This document shows positions 59,007-64,000 of a stretch of DNA of 64,000 nucleotides, piece after piece. How positions within the stretch are numbered: position 1 is the stretch's first letter; each line of letters starts with the position of its first letter. The notes beneath the pieces are model-generated. The model saw nothing but the letters and a program-made list of their open reading frames with translations. It had not been told where the DNA came from and searched no databases. The stretch is from Candidatus Versatilivorator sp. (GTDB lineage Bacteria; Acidobacteriota; Terriglobia; Versatilivoradales; Versatilivoraceae). The DNA lies in assembly GCA_965207735.1 (NCBI GenBank), contig OZ242296.1:3360001-3424000 (forward strand), written 5' to 3'. The position numbers and the translations under genes were made by a program.

Positions 59007-59807
59007 TCACTCCAATTCACCTTCCAGTTCGTCCGGCTTTTTCCCCCAATGGATGATGTCCGCCAGGGCGCGGGTGGTGCGGGCCGGGTCGGAACTCTGC
59101 CACACGTTGCGCCCCAGAGCCACCCCGGCGGCTCCACAATCCATGGCCTCTCCGACCATTTCCAGCAGGTCCCGGGTGGTCCCCTTCCTGGGGCCTCCCG
59201 CCACTACCACCGGAACCGGACAGAACGCCACCAGCTTCTCGAAAGTCCGGGGGTCTCCCGTATAGGAGGTCTTGACGATGTCGGCGCCCAGTTCGGCCCC
59301 GGCGCGAGCAGCCAGCAACTCGGCCTCGGCGCCCCGCTGCTTCAGCAACTCCTCGGTCGGGTACATCATGGCCAGCAGGGGGAGGCTCCAGCGCTGGCAC
59401 TCCTCGGCCACCTGGCGGAAGTTGTCGAGCATGTGCCGCTCGTGAGGCGAGCCCACCATGACCTGAACCGAGATGGCGTCGGCCGCCTGCTTCAGAGCGT
59501 ACTCGACGCTGCCGATCAGGGTGAGGTCGTTTTCGCCGGTGATGATGTTGGACAGATTGAAGACCGAGCCGCAACGGTTGGCGTATTCGGGGTAGAGGTT
59601 TCCCGCCATGCCGGCATTGAAGATGACGGCGTCCGCCCCCCCGGCCACCACTCGCCGCACCGTTTCACGGGGGTCCTCGATGCCCGCCACGGGGCCCAGG
59701 ATGACGCCATGATCCAGCGGGATCATCACCGTTTTGCCGGTAGCGGGATTGACGATGCGGTCGTAGCGCACCTTCTTGCCGACGTCGAAGGTTCGTTCGT
59801 TGCTCAT
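59007..59807 (-). CDS. Class I aldolase, DhnA/archaeal FBA / ADH synthase family
   Basis: IPLDHG, LLAMMYP, ELGADIVKTSY, VVVAGG, GRNVWQ. Confidence 0.88.
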   Translation of the reverse strand: MSNERTFDVGKKVRYDRIVNPATGKTVMIPLDHGVILGPVAGIEDPRETVRRVVAGGADAVIFNAGMAGNLYPEYANRCGSVFNLSNIITGENDLTLIGSVEYALKQAADAISVQVMVGSPHERHMLDNFRQVAEECQRWSLPLLAMMYPTEELLKQRGAEAELLAARAGAELGADIVKTSYTGDPRTFEKLVAFCPVPVVVAGGPRKGTTRDLLEMVGEAMDCGAAGVALGRNVWQSSDPARTTRALADIIHWGKKPDELEGELE

Positions 59808-60751
59808 GGGTGGCCCCCTTCCGGCTCATCCGTCTGAAAGTAGCGTGAATTGCGATCCCGGAGAAATCGATGGGCCTGTTGCCGATCGGGAATGCCGGTT
59901 CGCCCCCCCAGCCGCGTGCACTTGATGGCGGCTACCGCCGAGGCGAACTCAACCGTTTTCACCAGTTCCCACTGCTGCAACATCCCGTAGATAAAGGCGC
60001 CGTGGAAGACATCGCCCGCTCCGGTGGTATCCACCACCTCCACCCGGAAGGCGGGATGGTGGAACCTGCGCCCCTCGGCCTGTCCGCGGCAGCCCTGTTC
60101 CCCCAGGGTGACCAGCACCACCGTTGGGCCGTAGTCCAGGAGGCAATCGATGGCCAAGTCCACATCTTCGGTCTTGGCAAACGAGCCGGCAAAGGCCAGC
60201 GAGGCAATCAGGATGTCGGTTTGCCGCAGCAGTTCGGAAATGTCGCCTTCCAGGGCCAGGACATCGGCATCCAGCACCACCGGCACCCCTGCATGCCGTG
60301 CCCGCCCGGCGGCTTCCAGCGCGGCCGACCGGTGAACCCCGTCCAGATGCAGGACCCCGGCCTGCTCGATTAACTGCGTTGGCAGTTGCGACGGCTGCAA
60401 CTCGCTGTAGGTGGGCACGCAGGCCAGGATGCTGCGTTGCCCGGTGGCTCGGTCCACCAGCACAACCGAGGCCTGGGAGAGTGCGCCCGGTTCCACCAGG
60501 AGGTGCCGGGTGTCGATTCCGTATTGGTCCAACTCCCGGCGGATGAAATTGCCGAAGGCGTCGTCACCGACTTTGCCGGCACAGGCTACCGAGCACCCCA
60601 ATCGCGCCAGGGTGACCAAAGCGGTGGCCACCTCGCCGCCTCCCTGCTGCCGGGTCTCCAGCATGCGGATCTCCTCGTCCGGCCCCGGCATGTGCGGCAC
60701 CACACCCAGCAGGTCAAAGCAGCAACACCCCAATCCCACCACGTCAACCAT
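59804..60751 (-). CDS. PfkB-family carbohydrate kinase
   Basis: GGGEVATA..LARLG, GKVGDD, VTLGEQG, VVDTTGAGDVFHGAF. Confidence 0.9.
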   Translation of the reverse strand: MVDVVGLGCCCFDLLGVVPHMPGPDEEIRMLETRQQGGGEVATALVTLARLGCSVACAGKVGDDAFGNFIRRELDQYGIDTRHLLVEPGALSQASVVLVDRATGQRSILACVPTYSELQPSQLPTQLIEQAGVLHLDGVHRSAALEAAGRARHAGVPVVLDADVLALEGDISELLRQTDILIASLAFAGSFAKTEDVDLAIDCLLDYGPTVVLVTLGEQGCRGQAEGRRFHHPAFRVEVVDTTGAGDVFHGAFIYGMLQQWELVKTVEFASAVAAIKCTRLGGRTGIPDRQQAHRFLRDRNSRYFQTDEPEGGHP

Positions 60752-60761
60752 CAAGCTTTCC

Positions 60762-61139
60762 CTACGCGTTCATCGTACGAACCCCATAGAGGGGGATACG
60801 AACATCCCGGGTGACGAGGATCAACCCCTCCACCTGAGCTTGCGCGATCAGCATTCGGTCGAACGGATCTCCGTGTTGCGGTGGAAGCGCACCCGCCTGC
60901 TCCGCGTGAAGAAACGTGAGATTCAGAGGGATGAAGTCCTGTTCCTTGACCGCCGCTTCCAGATTTTCCGGAGCCTTCAGCTTCCCCAGAGCCCGCTTGA
61001 CGGCAATCTCCCAACCACTGACCGAACTGGCGAAGACTTCGTTTCCTGCATCCTGCAAAGCATCGCGGGTACGACGACTTAGCTTGCGGGGCTCAGTCAA
61101 CGACCACAGCAGAACATGGGTATCCAACAGCAAGCGCAC
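60762..61139 (-). CDS. vapC: PIN-domain toxin VapC
   Basis: LLLDTHVLLW, SGWEIAVK, HGDPFDRMLIAQA, VTRD. Confidence 0.92.
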   Translation of the reverse strand: MRLLLDTHVLLWSLTEPRKLSRRTRDALQDAGNEVFASSVSGWEIAVKRALGKLKAPENLEAAVKEQDFIPLNLTFLHAEQAGALPPQHGDPFDRMLIAQAQVEGLILVTRDVRIPLYGVRTMNA

Positions 61140-61141
61140 GA

Positions 61142-61399
61142 CTACTTCTCTTCATCGGGAAATATCTTCGAGTTCCAGAAGGCGTCGATGACCTCCTGGG
61201 GCGTCTCATCAAAGTCCGGAGCAATCCAGATCTGTCCTTTCAGCGCCCCCAGCTTACGCTTGGTCTTATTCTCGCGAAACGGCACCAGGCGCAAATAGGG
61301 TTCGCCGGCCTTGGCGATCACGATCTGCTCTCCTTCCCAGGCCAACTTTCCGAGCCGTGAGAGCTGCGACTTGGCTTCGTGCATGTTGACTTTCTTCAT
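61142..61399 (-). CDS. Phd/YefM-family antitoxin
   Basis: VNMHEAKSQLSRL..GEQIVIAKAG..LVP..GQIWIAPDFD. Confidence 0.9.
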   Translation of the reverse strand: MKKVNMHEAKSQLSRLGKLAWEGEQIVIAKAGEPYLRLVPFRENKTKRKLGALKGQIWIAPDFDETPQEVIDAFWNSKIFPDEEK

Positions 61400-61408
61400 T
61401 GGAACTCT

Positions 61409-61437
61409 AAAGTAGCTAAGTTAGCTAATGTTGTCAA
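61409..61437 (-). promoter_or_regulatory. TA promoter with autorepression operator
   Basis: TTGACA-17-TACTTT; perfect palindrome TAGCTAA-G-TTAGCTA at 61413-61427; start codon only ~9 nt after the -10 (near-leaderless). Confidence 0.7.
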
Positions 61438-61505
61438 CTTTGGAGCAGCCGCCAAAACATCTTCTGAGTGAACACTCCGATCCGTCGATAACCGACAAGC
61501 CGCCG

Positions 61506-62147
61506 TCACTCCGACTTCGGTTTCGACCGGCGGCGCCGACGCGACTTCCTTGCCTCATGATCTTCCGGGGTGATCTTGCCTATGGCTTCCATCTCGCGAA
61601 TAAAGGCTCGATAGTCCGCCAACAACGCGGTCACGTCCTCCTCTACATCCGGATAGCGGGAGAAGGCACACTCCCGAACGTCCAGCACCACTACCACTTG
61701 AGGGTCACCTGAATAACCGCGGATGAAGAACTGATACCGAAACTGTTCCGCCTGCGGATAGAGCACGAAATAGGAGCGCCACTGAACACTGCCCGAATAC
61801 TTCTCCACCTTGGGGTAACGACTCAGCAACTTGTAATCCAGAATGGTCTTGCCCTGAATGGCATCCAGACGGCCGACCAGCTTCACATTCTCCCCGCCAA
61901 TGGCAAACTCCCGGGACAAGGGAATTTCACAGGAATCGGGCTGTATCGGAGTGAAATCCAGTTTGAATACAACCCGGTCGGCGTAGTCGCGACCTCCAGT
62001 TTCCAGAAACCGGTGAAACCTGGTGCCGGCTCGCATCGCCGGCGTCGGAGGAATCAGGCGCTTCCATCGCGCCAACCACTGCTCGAAGGTCTGATCGGTA
62101 TTCCTGAACCTCCGGTAATCAGCCAGCTCCGTAACTGAAACCCTCAT
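61506..62147 (-). CDS. PD-(D/E)XK (RecB/Cas4-like, phage exonuclease-type) nuclease
   Basis: VSVTEL, AMRAGTRFH..LE, E.PL, LVGRLDA, ILDYK, QWRSY. RBS GGAAAGGA before ATG 62147; frame also open to 62213. Confidence 0.75.
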   Translation of the reverse strand: MRVSVTELADYRRFRNTDQTFEQWLARWKRLIPPTPAMRAGTRFHRFLETGGRDYADRVVFKLDFTPIQPDSCEIPLSREFAIGGENVKLVGRLDAIQGKTILDYKLLSRYPKVEKYSGSVQWRSYFVLYPQAEQFRYQFFIRGYSGDPQVVVVLDVRECAFSRYPDVEEDVTALLADYRAFIREMEAIGKITPEDHEARKSRRRRRSKPKSE

Positions 62148-62169
62148 AGTCCTTTCCCATGAATTTCTC

Positions 62170-62213
62170 GGTACGCAGGTAGCAAATCCAGACCGAATAC
62201 CGACCGGAATCAT
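62170..62213 (-). pseudogene. Decayed 5' remnant of a vapC toxin gene
   Basis: ATG ATT CCG GTC GGT AT- TCG GTC TGG ATT TGC TAC CTG CGT = MIPVG(x)SVWICYLR, resembling the VapC start MILVDTSVWIDYLR with a 1-nt deletion; ATGA overlap with vapB. Confidence 0.55.
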
Positions 62214-62407
62214 GTCAAGCGAACCTGCCGGCGCGGGACCGATTCCAGTTCCGGCTCGCTTCCGCCAAGACGGACCAACCGCCGGGCGCTACCGCGCTCA
62301 ATGAGAGCACGCAAACCTTCCCGGATCAATGCCGACTTGCTCTTTAAGCCAGTAAGGCGTTGAGCTTCTTCCAGCAAGCGGTCATCAATGTTGACGGTGG
62401 TCTTCAT
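62210..62407 (-). CDS. vapB: VapB-family (ribbon-helix-helix) antitoxin
   Basis: MKTTVNIDDRLLEEAQRLTG..LIREGLRALIER..RRLVRLGGSEP. Confidence 0.85.
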   Translation of the reverse strand: MKTTVNIDDRLLEEAQRLTGLKSKSALIREGLRALIERGSARRLVRLGGSEPELESVPRRQVRLT

Positions 62408-62699
62408 CCGATCCCCCTGTCTCAAGCTGTAAAATACGCGCCGCATGAATCGTTTACATCCAAGATGACATCATTTTGGTGATGGCATTCACTCTGGGTT
62501 GGCGTTCGGCAAGCCTTCGACGAATCACTTGGCATGGTACCTGGATTCTCCACCGTTTGGGCTTGATGAGCATGGCTTGTTGGCATAGCCTTGTCGCGGC
62601 TCCGCGGCGGCGCGGAGCGATGGACGCGGCTCGGACCGCCGCCTGAGACCCGGGCCTGCAAGGTCCCCGCAGATTTGGGAAGAGAGAAAATTCGGCTCC

Positions 62700-63740
62700 A
62701 TGCTCCTGCGCCCACTCATTCACACTCTGGAGAGACGGTTCCATCAGCGGGACATCGACCGCCGCCTGGTCAGACCCTTCGAGTGGGGAAACGAGTTTCT
62801 GGATGACGGGCGCCCCGGTGGCAGCCCCCTCGACCGGATTCAGGAGCACAACCGTCAGGCCCTGGCCGCCAGCCACGCCTACTTCGCCCCTCCTCCCTCC
62901 AAGCCCGGCCAATTCGATTTCGACGGCTTCCGGCTGCGCTTTCCCAGCGCCATCCAAACTCCCTATCCCGAAAACAACACCGTACATGCGCGCTACTTTC
63001 CGGCAGGCGAGATGGCGGCCATCGTCCTTCCCCAGTGGAACGGCGACGAGCAGGCCCACGTGGGGCTCTGCAAGGCGCTGCAGCGCTTCGGTGTCGGTGC
63101 CCTGCGTCTCAGTCTGCCCTACCACGACCGGCGCCGCCCGGAGGGCCTGGAACGCGCCGACTACATGGTGGGTCCCAATATCGGCCGCACCATTCAGGCC
63201 GTCCGGCAGGCGGTTCAGGACGTGCGCCGAGCCGCCGACTGGCTGGCGGGCCAGGGGATTCGCCGCATCGGACTGCTGGGAACCAGCATCGGCTCCTGCG
63301 TGGGCTGGCTGGCCTTCGTGCACGACCCGCGGCTCGATCTGGGGGCCTTCAACCACGTGTCGAGTTACTTCGGGGACGTGGTGTGGCGGGGAATCACCAC
63401 CTCTCACATCCGCAAGACGCTGGAACAGCACATGACCCAGGCGGAAGTCCGCCAGGCCTGGCTGGCCCTGAGTCCGATTGCCTACGTCTCCAGGCTCAAG
63501 GGCAATTCCCGCCCCATGCTGATGCTTTCGGCTCTCTACGACCTGTCGTTTCCGCCCGACCTCTCGCGCCGGCTTTTCGATCAGGTGGACCGGGAGCAAA
63601 TCCGGGTCCGGAAGGTCTTTCTTCCCTGCGGGCACTATACCGGCGGAAGGCCGCCTTTCAGCTACCTGACCGGCTTTCATCTCGTCAACTTCTTCCGCCG
63701 CCAGCGGCAAGCCTTCCTCAAGAGCGAATCCGCGACCTGA
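62700..63740 (+). CDS. Alpha/beta hydrolase (abhydrolase domain-containing 18-like)
   Basis: LPQWNGD, SLPYHDRRRP, GTSIG nucleophile, YDLSF, PCGHY. Confidence 0.8.
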   Translation: MLLRPLIHTLERRFHQRDIDRRLVRPFEWGNEFLDDGRPGGSPLDRIQEHNRQALAASHAYFAPPPSKPGQFDFDGFRLRFPSAIQTPYPENNTVHARYFPAGEMAAIVLPQWNGDEQAHVGLCKALQRFGVGALRLSLPYHDRRRPEGLERADYMVGPNIGRTIQAVRQAVQDVRRAADWLAGQGIRRIGLLGTSIGSCVGWLAFVHDPRLDLGAFNHVSSYFGDVVWRGITTSHIRKTLEQHMTQAEVRQAWLALSPIAYVSRLKGNSRPMLMLSALYDLSFPPDLSRRLFDQVDREQIRVRKVFLPCGHYTGGRPPFSYLTGFHLVNFFRRQRQAFLKSESAT

Positions 63741-63757
63741 CCAACGAGTGTCAATCT

Positions 63758-64000
63758 TCACCGACCGGGATAGCGCCGAACCGTCATTTCAGGCTCAACG
63801 GTCTCGGGCATGGCATCCAGCGGGTAAACCGGCCTGCGAATGCGCCGAAAGGGCAGCATGCGCATATCGGCGGGCGTGGGCCCGGGAACGGCCACCACGA
63901 AGAAGTCTTTCATGATGCCGCCGTAGCCCACCCGGAAGTTCATCATGTTCTTGACGCAGATGAACTTGGCCTGGCGGGGGTCCAGTCCCGTCGAGCGGTA
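63758..64000 (-). CDS. mlrC: MlrC / M81 metallopeptidase C-terminal end (5' part outside window)
   Basis: YRSTGLDPRQAKFICVKNMMNFRVGY..PG..LPFRRIRRPVYPLD. Confidence 0.8.
   Translation of the reverse strand, partial: YRSTGLDPRQAKFICVKNMMNFRVGYGGIMKDFFVVAVPGPTPADMRMLPFRRIRRPVYPLDAMPETVEPEMTVRRYPGR

Noticed and set aside
61506-62147. CRISPR-associated Cas4
   Set aside because: Lacks the four-Cys Fe-S ligand set and has no cas or CRISPR context.
62528-62600. Sigma54 promoters upstream of the hydrolase (TGGCAT words)
   Set aside because: No correctly spaced -12 TTGC element.

Overview
GC-rich bacterial chromosomal window. The gene repertoire (carboxypeptidase-domain TonB receptor, DUF1501/PSD1-cytochrome pair, Tat-tagged enolase, four sodium:solute symporters) suggests an Acidobacteriota-like, possibly host-associated organism; this is inference only. 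The left ~19.8 kb looks like a decayed integrative island. It holds a single-chain histidine kinase-receiver-winged-helix regulator, a doubly truncated sigma54 activator, and a 16.3 kb gene for a 5434-aa Calx-beta/Ig-repeat autotransporter-like adhesin. That gene has a consensus sigma54 promoter and palindromic enhancer-like sites, followed by a highly structured non-coding region and a P4-type integrase remnant. Two related long hairpins sharing GGGAGCGACCCC bracket the adhesin block. The rest is mostly transport and catabolism (BNR hydrolase, TBDR, ChrA, ActP, XylB, esterases, divergent IlvC, DHDPS-family, M20, RspA/ManD, PfkB plus aldolase, ArfB, ComEA, MlrC), interrupted by REP/MITE-like repeats and two toxin-antitoxin clusters. 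In both clusters a broken toxin gene is followed by a solo PD-(D/E)XK-like nuclease gene. No tRNA, rRNA or CRISPR array was seen.
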